Shown: positions 45,424 through 55,502 of the stretch, piece by piece
Numbering within the stretch: position 1 is the first letter of the stretch
How the letters are laid out: the number at the start of each line of letters is the position of its first letter
Assembly (NCBI GenBank): GCA_946534105.1
Contig: CAMNCG010000001.1
Location: 1 to 59,914 of the forward strand
DNA length: 59,914 nt
Reading direction: 5' to 3'
Source: an uncultured Verrucomicrobiota bacterium
Lineage (GTDB): Bacteria; Verrucomicrobiota; Kiritimatiellia; RFP12; UBA3636
Program-made: the position numbers and the translations under genes
Notes under the pieces: generated by a model
What the model was told of the DNA's origin: nothing
The model's input: only the letters and a program-made list of their open reading frames with translations
The model's database searches: none

Positions 45424-48252
45424 TCAGGGCCTGCAGATTTCGTAGAGGAAGGTCGCCGCATCCGGATCGTAGTCGGTGCGGGCGGTGAAGCGGAGAATGC
45501 CGGAACCGGAGTCGAACTGCGATGGAATGCGGCCAAGCCTGCGTCCGGAAGGGGAGAGCCGCCAGACGACCGGCGGCTCCGCCCCGCCGCCCGCCGGCGC
45601 AAGCGCGATGGAAACCACGGCCGCGCCGTTGCGCATGAGGTGCGGAAGTCCTCCCCATTTCAGGAGTGTCGTGAGCTCCGGGTCGGCGTATTCGATGCCG
45701 CAGTTCTGCACGTCGGTGAGGTGCGTCACCAGGATGCGGGAAGACTCGGCGATCGGAGCGCCGTCAAGCGACGAGGCCCAGACGGTCGCCGGAACGGCCG
45801 GCGAATTGCCCACAAATTGCAATTGCTCACCATTGTCCACAAGTGGCAAATCCAAAGGTTCCTCCGTGTGCCCTGCCGCCTTGCGCAACCCCGTCCCGCC
45901 GACGATCTCGAAGCGCAGCGGGCCGCAATCGAGGGCGCCGCTTTCGGCGAAGCCGCCGGCCGTGCGGGGCGTGTCGATGACGAACGTCCCGGCGGCGGGA
46001 TTGACGCGGACGGAGCCGTCGCCGGCGGTCGCGGCTGGCGGCCGCCGTCCGCCAAGGACCGTTCCAACGCGGCTGCGCCACGCATCGGCGAGGCGGACTT
46101 GCGAGCCGATCTTGGGGGCGCCGGAGGCGGGGTCGCGCAGGGAGGCCTCGTCGAGGGCCAGCGGCGCTTCGGCGCCAAGCGGCGCCTGGTCCGCCCGGAG
46201 GAAGAGGCAGAGCGCCGCGCGCTCGGCGGCGAGCGAAAGCGGGTCGCCCGCCATGTCGAAGTAGCCCATGCGCTTCGTTTCGGGAGACTCGACGCCTTCC
46301 CGGCCGTGGCACCATGCGAAGCGCCACATCCCGGACCAGTCCTGGAGCGCCCCCAGCGTTCCGAATGCAATCCCGCCGAGTCCCCGGTAGCGGCCGGGGC
46401 CGCTGTAGTTCCATTCCGTGATGCAGAAGGGCTTGCCCATCAGGCGCCGGAACGCCACTGGCGGCACGCCGGCGGCGGCGCCGCCCACGGGGTTCGCGTT
46501 GGGGCAGCGCGAGGGCAGTTTCCACTGCTCGTCGAGAAAGGAAGGGTGGTCGACGTAGGAATGGCCGTCCACGTAATCGAAGCGCGAGCGCGGGAGCTGG
46601 TACTGGACGGGGTCGTACCACGAGGACAGGTTCGAAAGGGGCGCGGCGCAGCGCAGTTCGTCGCGGACGAAGGCGGATAGCCGGTCGAAGAGGCGGATTT
46701 CGCGGTCCGCGAGGAACTGCGCGAACGCGGCGGCGTGGCGGCCCTCAGGCGTGGAGCCGTCGTCGGCGTAGAGGTCCGCCGGGAACGACTGCGGGATTCC
46801 GGCGAACGCCGGGTCGCCGGACTTCGCCGCAAGCCACTCCTCCCACGCCTCCTTGACGCCGGGCAGTTTGCGGAGGGCGCCGGAGCCGTGGTTGCCGAGG
46901 TTGCCCTCGTTGATGAGCGCCAAGGTGCAGAGTGCGGGTTCGTCGGCGAGGCTGCGCCCGGTGTAGGGATTCACGTGGCAGAGGAAATTCCGCGACCAGG
47001 CGCAGAGGTTGGAGTAGGCGGGTTCCCAGAACGAGCAAAGGCCCTTGTAGTCGTGGATGCGCGTGATGTAGCCGTCGCGGTCGATGCCGAGCGAACGCCA
47101 CTTGACGTAGTGCGAGCGCGAGACGCAGAGGTCGGTGGTGAGGTAGATGCCGTGGCGGACGCACGCGGCGACGAGCGCGTCGAAGCGGTCCATGGCGGCA
47201 GGGTCCGGCCGGGTATCGTCCGCGCAGCGGTCCGGTTCGTTGACGTGGCCCGGCTCCGAGAGCAGCGCGCGCCCGTGGTGGTGGATGCGGAGCGCGTTGT
47301 AGCCCATGCGGGCGAGATTGGCGGCGAAGCGCTCGGCGGCCTCGGGGGTCGAGGGCGTGTTGGCTTCCCCGTTGATGTTCACGCCGTAGAAGCGCTGCGG
47401 GACGCCGGGAAGGCCCTCGAACTCGAAGTGGTCGCCCACGGCGACGACGCGGCCGAACTTCCCGGCGGGCGCGTGGTGCGGAACGACGCCGGAGAAGTCG
47501 AGGGCGCTGCCCGGCTCGATCCAGGGCTCCGTCGCGACGGGGGTCCAGTCGGGACCGGGTTCCGCCTTCCACGTGCGCTTCGGGCCGAGCGCGAGAAGCC
47601 CGGCGGAGGGCGTGCGGAACGTCGCGGCGAGCGCGGCCCGTTCGCCGGCGCGCAGGGTCGAGCCACACCCGGCGAACAGCCGGAGGGTGAAGGTCTCGTT
47701 CCCCCATTTGCGGTTGTCCTGGAGAAGGATTTCGGACGGCGCGTCGAAGGCGACGGCGAGGCGTTCCGCGCCGTCGCGGCCGAAGAGGGCCAGGGCCGAC
47801 ACCTTGCCGCGGAAAAGATGCGGCTCGTCCGCCATTCCGGCGGGAAGCGCGACGTCGCGCGCCCCGCCGTCGAGGACGGCCCGGCCGCCGCCGAAGTCCG
47901 CCACCGGGAAGTTCGCCGCGACGAAGAACTCACCCACGCGCACGTCGGAGTCGGCGGCGGCGTTCCACTCGGCGCGGACGCCGCCGCCGGACGCTTCGGA
48001 GAAGGCGGCGCTTCCGCGGACGTAGACGGGATCGGAGCAGACGCGGACGCGAAAGGCGCCGGGGCCTTGCCGCGCGTCGTCCACGCCGCCGTGCGTGGCT
48101 TTCCAGCCGGGCTCCGCGAACCCAAGCGCGAACGTCGCGCCGGGAAGGACCAGCGATCCGCCGAATCCGGGGTGCGCCGCGGCTTCGGCGGCCGTGCCGG
48201 CGGAGGCGGTGGCGGCAAGGGCCGCCACCGCGAGGAACAAGGGTGCGTTCAT
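45424..48252 (-). CDS. secreted TIM-barrel glycoside-hydrolase-like protein (family uncertain)
   Basis: A signal peptide is present (MNAPLFLAVAALAATASA). The central segment YGVNINGE...MGYNALRIHHH...LINEGN looks like a clan GH-A hydrolase. The gene lies in the same operon as the GH5 gene. Confidence 0.5.
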   Translation of the reverse strand: MNAPLFLAVAALAATASAGTAAEAAAHPGFGGSLVLPGATFALGFAEPGWKATHGGVDDARQGPGAFRVRVCSDPVYVRGSAAFSEASGGGVRAEWNAAADSDVRVGEFFVAANFPVADFGGGRAVLDGGARDVALPAGMADEPHLFRGKVSALALFGRDGAERLAVAFDAPSEILLQDNRKWGNETFTLRLFAGCGSTLRAGERAALAATFRTPSAGLLALGPKRTWKAEPGPDWTPVATEPWIEPGSALDFSGVVPHHAPAGKFGRVVAVGDHFEFEGLPGVPQRFYGVNINGEANTPSTPEAAERFAANLARMGYNALRIHHHGRALLSEPGHVNEPDRCADDTRPDPAAMDRFDALVAACVRHGIYLTTDLCVSRSHYVKWRSLGIDRDGYITRIHDYKGLCSFWEPAYSNLCAWSRNFLCHVNPYTGRSLADEPALCTLALINEGNLGNHGSGALRKLPGVKEAWEEWLAAKSGDPAFAGIPQSFPADLYADDGSTPEGRHAAAFAQFLADREIRLFDRLSAFVRDELRCAAPLSNLSSWYDPVQYQLPRSRFDYVDGHSYVDHPSFLDEQWKLPSRCPNANPVGGAAAGVPPVAFRRLMGKPFCITEWNYSGPGRYRGLGGIAFGTLGALQDWSGMWRFAWCHGREGVESPETKRMGYFDMAGDPLSLAAERAALCLFLRADQAPLGAEAPLALDEASLRDPASGAPKIGSQVRLADAWRSRVGTVLGGRRPPAATAGDGSVRVNPAAGTFVIDTPRTAGGFAESGALDCGPLRFEIVGGTGLRKAAGHTEEPLDLPLVDNGEQLQFVGNSPAVPATVWASSLDGAPIAESSRILVTHLTDVQNCGIEYADPELTTLLKWGGLPHLMRNGAAVVSIALAPAGGGAEPPVVWRLSPSGRRLGRIPSQFDSGSGILRFTARTDYDPDAATFLYEICRP

Positions 48253-48276
48253 CGGGTTTTCCGGAACTCGCCGGGA

Positions 48277-50715
48277 CTAGCGAAAAACGATGACGAAGGC
48301 CTGCGGCGCGATTGAGGCCAGGACCGTGACGGTGCCGTCACCGTTTGTGCGCGTCGAATAGGTCGCCCTGAGGCCGCGCATCTTGCGTGTGTTCGCCGCC
48401 GCCGAAACGGCCAGCGCATTGGCAGTCTCTTCGTTGGCGACGGTGCAGACGGCTATGTCGCGCACGGCGTAGTTGGAACCGGCCCCCTCCGGGAGGTTGA
48501 AGGCTACGGGCAGTTCGTCGCCGAAGGGGTTGGCGACGAGATTCACCGCGCCGAACCTCGCGAGGTCGGTGTCCGTCGTCGCCGGATCGACCAGCAGATA
48601 CGCGCCGTCATCGAACGTGACCGCAACGCCATTCAACGCGTTCGTGGAAAGCGCCTGAAGGAAACCTTCCTTCACCTCAAGCGCGGCGTTGGCGCCGGCG
48701 GCGATGCGCGGGGCGCCGCCGAGGGCGAGCGTTCCGGCGCCGGTCTTGCGGGCCGTGCCGTTCCAGGTGATGTCGTTCGAGATCGCGAGCGTGACGTCCT
48801 CCGGCGCGGCGAAGCCGGCGTTGCCGGTCACCTTCACGCCGCGGTTCGCGACGTTGAGGTCCACGTCGTTGCGGGCCTCCAGGACGGAGTAGTCGGCCAG
48901 CTCCAGCGCGTCGGCGCGGAACTCGTCGAGCGCCCCGCCGAGGTTGCGGGCGTCCCTCACGAAGATGCGCTCGTGAGCGTAGTCAGACTCCGATGGAGGA
49001 AGTTTCGAAGAGTATGTTTCGGTCGGCCCCACGGCGCAAATTTTGATCTTGCCCGTAAAATTCGTGTTGAACTCAGTAAACTCGATGTCGCCGTAGGGGT
49101 TGTTCGAACTGCCTCGGCCCGTGACGAAGAGCGTTCCCGGACCCGAGACCTCGGCGGCCACGGTGTTGAGGCCTTTCATGTAGGCTTGGATCTTCTGCGG
49201 GAAGTTGTCGCTCTTCTGGAGGAGGAAGAGTTCGCCGCGCAGGAACGACGGACAGGAGGCGAGCGAAAGGACGTAGGTGCTGTTGGCGGAAAGGACAAGC
49301 CGGGGGAACGTGACATCCTTCGAGCATGGAAGCAGGATTCCGCCCTGCCCTAGGACGAGGCTGTCACCGGCGAAGACGAACGGCGTCGAGGTGTCTGAAT
49401 AGTAGGGGGTGCGGATCACCGGCCACGTTTTCGACGGGAGGCCGCCTTTGCCGTCTTCGGCCACGTAGTCGAATCCGGCGCGCGGCGCCACTCCGTCCAT
49501 CCAGGAGTCGGCGGTTTCCAGCGCCGAGGGGAGATTGTCTTTGATGGTCGTGGACGTTTCGTCGTTCTGTTTGAGAAATACGTGCGGAGTCTTCCGGCAG
49601 ATGAGCTGCAAGACGTTGTCCACGGCATTCGTGACCAGAGTGTAGCGGGGATATGCGTTCGGGAAATTGGCGTTGTTGGAATCGGTCAGAACGAGATGGA
49701 GTTTTTCCAGAGGAATCGTCCCCTTGTTCTGCGGGAGCGTCAGCACCACCCAGTCTATGCCGTTGGTATTGGTGGCTGGCGGCACCGAGTTGAGAATCAC
49801 GGTCACATCACCGCCGACAACGAGTGATTCGGTGACGTTGATTCGACCGCAGGTCGCCTCCGCCGCCTTGTTCCAGATCCGCAGTTTCGATCCGTCCTGC
49901 AGTTCAAGTCCGGCTGTCGTGAACGTGCTGCCCGTCCACGCGGCGCGGATCGTGCCGCCTTTTTCGACAACAGCCGTGCCGCCGAGCGTGGCGTAAGTGG
50001 CTACCTCAACCGGCTCGTAGTCCCAGAAGCGGTTTTTGTTGCCGTTGCCATTGCCGCCGCAGACGAACCACTTGCCCTTGAAGCCGCTCCAGTTTCCACC
50101 TATGATGAACGACTTGTTGTCGCCCGGCTGCGTGATGGCGCGGGAGCTGAACTGGACGGCCGTTCCGACTTCGCCGACAGTCGTGGTGGCGATCTGGAGC
50201 GTGTTGCTCGCGTTGGTGCCGTCTCCCGGGCAGAACACGAACGGTTCGGATTCCGGCGAAAGAACCGTCATTTTTCCAGACACCGCCGGAAAGAGCGTAC
50301 GCGTTGCCCATCCCACCCAGTATCCGGCAACGAGGATGAGTCCGTTGGCCGACTCGGAGAAGTCGAGTCCCTTGTTGGCGTTGAAGATGAAACGGCCCGT
50401 CTTGCTGGCACTCGTGTACGAACCATGCTGGTTGTGGCCGCCGGTTTCGCCGAGCGTAAGCGAATTGCCCTTGAAGAAGATCTTGTCCTTGCTGGAGACT
50501 CGGGCATGAAGCTGATCGGTGATGAGGTAGTCGTTGCCGGGTACAGGAGCCCCCTTTGGCGAGGAACTGCAGGCGTCCCAGTTCACGAGGCTCGAATTGT
50601 TGCTGGCGTCTTTCGTCGTGAGTTTGAGCGTTTCGCCGGTGGCGGCAAGGGGGGCTGCTGTTTGCAGGGCGAGCGCGGACGCGAGGACCGCCGCGGTTTT
50701 TGCTGTAGCGTTCAT
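48277..50715 (-). CDS. large secreted hypothetical protein (beta-strand-rich, Asn/Thr/Gly-rich)
   Basis: Trimmed to the ATG at 50715 (MNATAKTAAVLASALALQTAA, a signal peptide). An ATGA overlap joins it to the sigma-factor stop. G+C looks lower than in its neighbours; one line counted by hand gave about 52%. Confidence 0.6.
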   Translation of the reverse strand: MNATAKTAAVLASALALQTAAPLAATGETLKLTTKDASNNSSLVNWDACSSSPKGAPVPGNDYLITDQLHARVSSKDKIFFKGNSLTLGETGGHNQHGSYTSASKTGRFIFNANKGLDFSESANGLILVAGYWVGWATRTLFPAVSGKMTVLSPESEPFVFCPGDGTNASNTLQIATTTVGEVGTAVQFSSRAITQPGDNKSFIIGGNWSGFKGKWFVCGGNGNGNKNRFWDYEPVEVATYATLGGTAVVEKGGTIRAAWTGSTFTTAGLELQDGSKLRIWNKAAEATCGRINVTESLVVGGDVTVILNSVPPATNTNGIDWVVLTLPQNKGTIPLEKLHLVLTDSNNANFPNAYPRYTLVTNAVDNVLQLICRKTPHVFLKQNDETSTTIKDNLPSALETADSWMDGVAPRAGFDYVAEDGKGGLPSKTWPVIRTPYYSDTSTPFVFAGDSLVLGQGGILLPCSKDVTFPRLVLSANSTYVLSLASCPSFLRGELFLLQKSDNFPQKIQAYMKGLNTVAAEVSGPGTLFVTGRGSSNNPYGDIEFTEFNTNFTGKIKICAVGPTETYSSKLPPSESDYAHERIFVRDARNLGGALDEFRADALELADYSVLEARNDVDLNVANRGVKVTGNAGFAAPEDVTLAISNDITWNGTARKTGAGTLALGGAPRIAAGANAALEVKEGFLQALSTNALNGVAVTFDDGAYLLVDPATTDTDLARFGAVNLVANPFGDELPVAFNLPEGAGSNYAVRDIAVCTVANEETANALAVSAAANTRKMRGLRATYSTRTNGDGTVTVLASIAPQAFVIVFR

Positions 50716-51551
50716 GTTTTGCTCCTGGTTGGTTCGGTCGAAGGTCGAAAGGTTGAAAAGTTCAAGGCCTGGGACGGAAGGACTTGCGGGACTGGCGGGA
50801 CTGGCGCCGTCCCGCCGGTCTCGTTCGTCCCGCTCGTCCCGCCGGTCTCGCTCGTCCCGCCGGTCTCGCTCGTCCCGCCGGTCCAAACGGGGGCGGCGGT
50901 CTCCTGCGCCGGCACGTTCCGCCTGACGCGGCTGTAAGCCGCATCCCCGACGATGGCCACCGCCGCACCGAGGGCGGTGAGGCCGCAGAGGGCGAGCGCG
51001 ACGAGCAGCGCCTTGCCGCCGGGCTTCTTGACGGCGGCGCCGAGCTTCACCGCGAGAATCTGGCGCGCGTAGAGGAGTCGCCACTTCACGGTTCCCACCG
51101 GGATCGCAAGGAGCCGCGCCACATCCTTCACGGAAAGGTCCATGAAGTAGTGCATCATGAGCGTTTTGCGGATGTCGGCGGGGAGCGTCGAGATCGCGTC
51201 GCGCAACGCCTTGGCGTCGAGCGCCTTGTACACCGCGTCATTCGCGGAATCGTCAGCGACGTCGGGCAGCTCGCCGGGGTAGATTTCGTTGGTGCAGGAC
51301 TTGCGGCGCGTGTCGTTGGCGTTGAGATTCACGAGAATCTGGCAAAGCCAGGTGAAGAACGACGACTGCGCGAGAAAGCCGTCGATGCCGTCGATCGCGG
51401 CGGCGAACGTGCGGTTCACCAGCTCCTCGGCGTCGCCGGCGTCGTTGCAGAGGCGCTGCGCCAGGACGAGCAGACCGGCCCTGTATTCGCCGACCAGCCT
51501 TTTGGCGCCGAGCTCCTTGTTTTGCTTCAGTTCTTCGATGATGTCCGTCAC
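50712..51551 (-). CDS. ECF-type sigma-70 factor with a fused C-terminal transmembrane helix and a repeat tail
   Basis: GTG start. The sigma region 2-like part includes FFTWLCQILVN. The region 4 HTH is DLSVKDVARLLAIPVGTVKWRLLYAR. A transmembrane helix (ALLVALALCGLTALGAAVAIV) follows, then TGGTSE repeats. Confidence 0.75.
   Translation of the reverse strand: MTDIIEELKQNKELGAKRLVGEYRAGLLVLAQRLCNDAGDAEELVNRTFAAAIDGIDGFLAQSSFFTWLCQILVNLNANDTRRKSCTNEIYPGELPDVADDSANDAVYKALDAKALRDAISTLPADIRKTLMMHYFMDLSVKDVARLLAIPVGTVKWRLLYARQILAVKLGAAVKKPGGKALLVALALCGLTALGAAVAIVGDAAYSRVRRNVPAQETAAPVWTGGTSETGGTSETGGTSGTNETGGTAPVPPVPQVLPSQALNFSTFRPSTEPTRSKT
50809..50884. repeat. 18-nt tandem repeat (about 4 units plus one 9-nt half unit) inside the sigma-factor gene
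   Basis: GTCCCGCCGGTCTCG(C/T)TC is iterated and encodes TGGTSE/TGGTSG. An adjacent 9-nt duplication (GCGGGACTG twice) lies at about 50786-50803. Confidence 0.8.
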
Positions 51552-51656
51552 GTTCCGACAACAACCTCTCTATTTTTATTTGTAACGGATCGGAGCGAAA
51601 AGGTTGGATCCCTTTTTTTCATGCGTCCCCTCTGGCGAACGGAGGCGACCGGAACG

Positions 51657-51692
51657 AAAAAGGGGCCCGCGCGGTGCGCGGACCCCTTTTTT
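51657..51692 (-). terminator. bidirectional-type intrinsic terminator after hydA
   Basis: AAAAA, then GGGGCCCGCGC GGT GCGCGGACCCC (10 of 11 bp paired), then TTTTTT. On the minus strand the stem is followed by U5, 18 nt after the hydA stop. Confidence 0.7.
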
Positions 51693-51709
51693 CCCGGTCA
51701 CGGGAGCGA

Positions 51710-53524
51710 CTAGTCGCGGAGGTTCTCGTGGTAGACCGTGTGGAGGAGGTGGTGGGCCTTCTCCGAACCGGGCTCGCCGAGGTATTCGGCGTAGAGCTTC
51801 TTGATGTCCGGGTTCTCGTGCGAGAGGCGGATCGGCTTGCCGGCATCCTCCGCGTAGATCCCCTCCATCCGGCGCTTGAGCGATTCGGCGCGGTCGCCGT
51901 TGATGTAGGGCTGGCCGCCGCCGTTGATGCACCCGCCGGGGCAGGCCATGATTTCGATGGCCTGGAAGCGCGTGCGGTCGGCGCGGACCATCTCGAGCAC
52001 CTTGCGGGCGCTGCCGAGACCGGAGCACACCGCCACGTTCACGGAGAGGCCGGGAGCGACCTCGACCTTCGCCTCCTTCACGCCGTCGAGACCGCGGACC
52101 GCGCGGAAGTTGATCGCGTCGCCCGTGAGGTTCTCGCCGGTGAGGATGGTGTGGACGCTGCGGAGCGCCGCTTCGAGCACGCCGCCCGTGACGCCGAAGA
52201 TGACGCCGGCGCCGGTGGATTCGCCGAGCGGGCTGTCGTACTCTTCGTCTTCGCGGTTGGCGAGGTTGATGCCGGCCTCGTTGAGGAGGCGGACGAGCTC
52301 GCGGGTCGTGATGACGTAATCGACGTCCTTCACGCCGTCGTGCGCGAATTCGGGGCGAGCGGCCTCGTACTTCTTGGCCTGGCAGGGCATGACGGAGACG
52401 ACCACGAGGTCCTCGGGCTTCACGCCGGTCTTCTCGGCGTAGTAGCTCTTCGCGACCGCGCCGAACATCTGCTGCGGGCTCTTGCAGGAGCTCGGGATGT
52501 CCAGGAGGTCGGGGAAGTGGTGCTCGAGGAAGTTGATCCAGCCCGGGCAGCAGCTCGTGAGGATCGGCAGGTGGGCCTCCTTCTGGGCCTCGGCGGCGGA
52601 CTTGCCGGCCTTCGAGAGCTCCAGGAACTTCTTCACGCGGCCGACGAGCTCGTTGCCTTCCTCCATGATCGTGAGGTCGGCGGAGAAGTCGGTGTCGAAC
52701 ACCTTGTCGAAGCCGAGCATGCGGAGCGCGGCGACGAGCTTGCCGGTCACGGGCTCGCCCGGCTTGAAGCCGAACTCCTGCCCGATCGCGACGCGGACCG
52801 CGGGGGCGGTCTGGACGATCACGGTCTTCTTCGGGTCGTGGATCGCGGCCATGACCTTCTTCGTGTAGGACACGCCGACGATGGCGCCGACGGGGCAGAC
52901 GTTGACGCACTGGCCGCAGAACGTGCAGGAAGAGTCCGCAAGCGGGATCATCGACGCCGTGCCGACCTTGGCGGGGAAGCCGCGGCCGTTGCCGGTGAGG
53001 GCGCCCACCGTCTGCACCTTGTTGCACACCGTTTCGCAGCGGCGGCACATGATGCACTTGGTAAGGTCGCGCATGATCGCCGCGCTCTCGTCCACCGGGT
53101 AGTAGTTCTTTTCGCCCTGGTAGGTGATTTCGCGGATGCCGAACTCGGCGGCGAGCTTCTGCAGCTCGCACTCCTGGTTCTTGGCGCAGGTGAGGCAGTT
53201 CTGCGGGTGGTCCGAAAGGAGCAGCTCCAGGACCGTGCGGCGGGCCTTCATCGCGCGGGCGCTGTTCGTCCAGACCTCGACGCCGTCGCGGGCGAGCGGT
53301 GTCGCGCAGGCGGGCACGAGGATGTGGCGCGGGCCGCGGATGCCGCTCGCCTCGACGAGGCAGAGGCGGCAGGAGGCGGGCTTGTTCGCGACGCCGCAGC
53401 CCACGTCGGGGCAGTAGCAGAGCGTCGGAATGTGGATGTTGAGCTTGTTGGCGGCGTCGAGAATCGTGGAGCCGGCGGGGACTTCGACCTTCTTGCCGTT
53501 GATCGTGACGGTGATGTTAGCCAT
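51710..53524 (-). CDS. hydA: [FeFe] hydrogenase catalytic subunit (group A, multimeric type)
   Basis: Trimmed to MANITVTINGKKV. An N-terminal 2Fe-2S domain and ferredoxin-like cysteine clusters are present. All three H-cluster motifs are present: TSCCPGW, MPCQAKKYE and EIMACPGGCINGGGQP. Confidence 0.9.
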   Translation of the reverse strand: MANITVTINGKKVEVPAGSTILDAANKLNIHIPTLCYCPDVGCGVANKPASCRLCLVEASGIRGPRHILVPACATPLARDGVEVWTNSARAMKARRTVLELLLSDHPQNCLTCAKNQECELQKLAAEFGIREITYQGEKNYYPVDESAAIMRDLTKCIMCRRCETVCNKVQTVGALTGNGRGFPAKVGTASMIPLADSSCTFCGQCVNVCPVGAIVGVSYTKKVMAAIHDPKKTVIVQTAPAVRVAIGQEFGFKPGEPVTGKLVAALRMLGFDKVFDTDFSADLTIMEEGNELVGRVKKFLELSKAGKSAAEAQKEAHLPILTSCCPGWINFLEHHFPDLLDIPSSCKSPQQMFGAVAKSYYAEKTGVKPEDLVVVSVMPCQAKKYEAARPEFAHDGVKDVDYVITTRELVRLLNEAGINLANREDEEYDSPLGESTGAGVIFGVTGGVLEAALRSVHTILTGENLTGDAINFRAVRGLDGVKEAKVEVAPGLSVNVAVCSGLGSARKVLEMVRADRTRFQAIEIMACPGGCINGGGQPYINGDRAESLKRRMEGIYAEDAGKPIRLSHENPDIKKLYAEYLGEPGSEKAHHLLHTVYHENLRD

Positions 53525-53573
53525 GGAAATTGCCTTTGCGGGGGTTCGGGGGGGCGGCCCCCCCGTTCGTTGG

Positions 53574-55502
53574 TTACTCCTTGACGATGGCCTTGAACGG
53601 GCAGTTGTCGATGCACGCGCCGCACTTGATGCACTTGGCCTGATCGATGACGTGCCGCTCCTTGATCTTGCCCGAGATCGCGCCGACGGGGCAGTTGCGG
53701 GCGCACTTGGTGCACCCCTTGCACTTGTCGGTGATCGTGAGCTGGAAGAGCTTCGTGCAGGTCCCGGCCGGGCACTTCTTGTCGCGCACGTGGGCGATGT
53801 ACTCGTCCTTGAAGTAGCGCAGCGTCGAGAGGATCGGGTTCGGCGCCGTCTGGCCAAGGCCGCAGAGCGCGGTGTCCTTGATGGTGTTCGCGAGGTCCTC
53901 CAGCTCCACGAGCATCTCCTCGGTGCCCTTGCCGTCGCAGATCTTCTCGAGCATTTCGAGCATGCGACGGGTGCCGATGCGGCAGGGCGTGCACTTGCCG
54001 CACGACTCGTCCTTCGTGAAGCCGAGGTAGAACTTCGCCATCGCGGGCATGCAGTCCTTGTCGGACAGCACGATCATGCCGCCGGAGCCCATCATGGAGC
54101 CGATCTTCATGAGCGCGCCGTAGTCGATCGGCGTGTCGAGGTCCTGCTTCGTGATGCAGCCGCCGGAAGGACCTCCCGTCTGGACTGCCTTGAACTCGTG
54201 GCCGCCGGAGATGCCGCCGCCGATGTCGTAGATGATCTCGCGCAGCGTCGTGCCCATCGGGACTTCGACGAGGCCGACGTTGTTCACCTGGCCGGCGAGG
54301 GCGAAGACCTTGGTGCCGGAGTTGCCGGAGACGGTCTTCACCCAGTGGCCGTTTTCGTCGCGCTCGGTCACCCAGTTGCCGATCTTGGCGTACCACGCGG
54401 CGCCCTTGCGCAGGATCACCGGGATGGAGGCGTAGGTTTCGACGTTGTTCACGTTCGTCGAGCACCCCCAGTAGCCGCCGCCGATGTTGGCGGGGAACGG
54501 AGGCTTCGTCGTGGGCTCGCCGCGCTGGCCTTCCATCGAGTGGATGAGGGCCGTCTCCTCGCCGCAGACGAACGCGCCGGCGCCGAGCTTGATCTCGATG
54601 TCGAACGAGAAGTCCGTGCCGAGGATGTTCTTGCCGAGGAGGCCGCAGGCGCGGGCCTGGTCGATCGCCATCTGGAGGCGGGACACGGCGAGCGGGTATT
54701 CGGCGCGGATGTACACGAGACCGTGCGAGGCGCCGATCGCGTAGGCGCCGATCGCCATCGCCTCGACGACGCTGGAGGGGTCGCCCTCCATGATCGAGCG
54801 GTCCATGAACGCGCCCGGGTCGCCCTCGTCGGCGTTGCAGACGATGTACTTTTCCTCGGCCTTCACGCCGGCGGCGATCTTCCACTTCATGCCGGTGGGG
54901 AAGCCGGCGCCGCCGCGGCCGCAGATGCCGGAGTCGAGCACCTCCTGCACGACCTCGTCGGGCGTCATTTCCGTGAGCGCCTTGGCGAGGCCCTGATAGC
55001 CTTCGTTCGCGATGTACTCCTCCAGGTTCTCGGCTTCGATGAGGCCGCAGTTGCGCAGCGCGATGCGTTCCTGCTTGGCGTAGAACGGCATCTTCGCGTA
55101 GTCGTGGATCTTCTCCTTGAGCGTGGGCTCCACGTAGAGCAGGCGCTCGACGACCTCGTGGCCGACGACGTGCTTCTCGACGATCTCCTTCGCGTCCTCG
55201 GGCGTGACCTGCACGTAGAAGACGTTGTCGGGCATGACCTTCACGATCGGGCCCTGCGCGCAGAAGCCGAAGCAGCCGGACTGGATCACACGCACGTCGT
55301 TTTCGAGCCCGGCCTTCCGGATCTCCTCGCGCAGGTTCGCCATGAGATCCTGCGAGTTCGACGCGTGGCAGCCGGTGCCGCCGCAGCAGACAATGTCCTT
55401 TTTCTTCGAATCGATCGAGCCGGCGGCGAGGCGGAGGGCGAGCTTGCCCTTGGCGGCCTCGTAGGCGGCCATGAGATCGGCTTTGGTCTTGATGGGATTC
55501 AT
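53574..55502 (-). CDS. hydB: NuoF-like flavoprotein subunit of NAD(P)-linked hydrogenase
   Basis: Trimmed to MNPIKTK. The motifs GRGGAGFPTG.KW, CNADEGDPGAF.DR and ESCGKCTPCR are present. Two C-terminal 4Fe-4S ferredoxin motifs are present (CKGCTKCARNCP, CIKCGACIDNCP). Confidence 0.9.
   Translation of the reverse strand: MNPIKTKADLMAAYEAAKGKLALRLAAGSIDSKKKDIVCCGGTGCHASNSQDLMANLREEIRKAGLENDVRVIQSGCFGFCAQGPIVKVMPDNVFYVQVTPEDAKEIVEKHVVGHEVVERLLYVEPTLKEKIHDYAKMPFYAKQERIALRNCGLIEAENLEEYIANEGYQGLAKALTEMTPDEVVQEVLDSGICGRGGAGFPTGMKWKIAAGVKAEEKYIVCNADEGDPGAFMDRSIMEGDPSSVVEAMAIGAYAIGASHGLVYIRAEYPLAVSRLQMAIDQARACGLLGKNILGTDFSFDIEIKLGAGAFVCGEETALIHSMEGQRGEPTTKPPFPANIGGGYWGCSTNVNNVETYASIPVILRKGAAWYAKIGNWVTERDENGHWVKTVSGNSGTKVFALAGQVNNVGLVEVPMGTTLREIIYDIGGGISGGHEFKAVQTGGPSGGCITKQDLDTPIDYGALMKIGSMMGSGGMIVLSDKDCMPAMAKFYLGFTKDESCGKCTPCRIGTRRMLEMLEKICDGKGTEEMLVELEDLANTIKDTALCGLGQTAPNPILSTLRYFKDEYIAHVRDKKCPAGTCTKLFQLTITDKCKGCTKCARNCPVGAISGKIKERHVIDQAKCIKCGACIDNCPFKAIVKE

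Noticed and set aside
50786-50884. Tandem repeats considered as a CRISPR array or minisatellite.
   Set aside because: The units are 18 nt (and 9 nt), contiguous with no spacers, in frame and inside a CDS. No cas genes are present in the window.
50716-51084. N-terminal extension of the 812-aa secreted protein (RDERDRRDE repeats), and other alternative-frame readings of the 18-nt repeat.
   Set aside because: It overlaps the sigma-factor gene in another frame. The repeat reads naturally as the TGGTSE tail of the sigma factor. The secreted protein has a proper signal peptide at the ATG at 50715.
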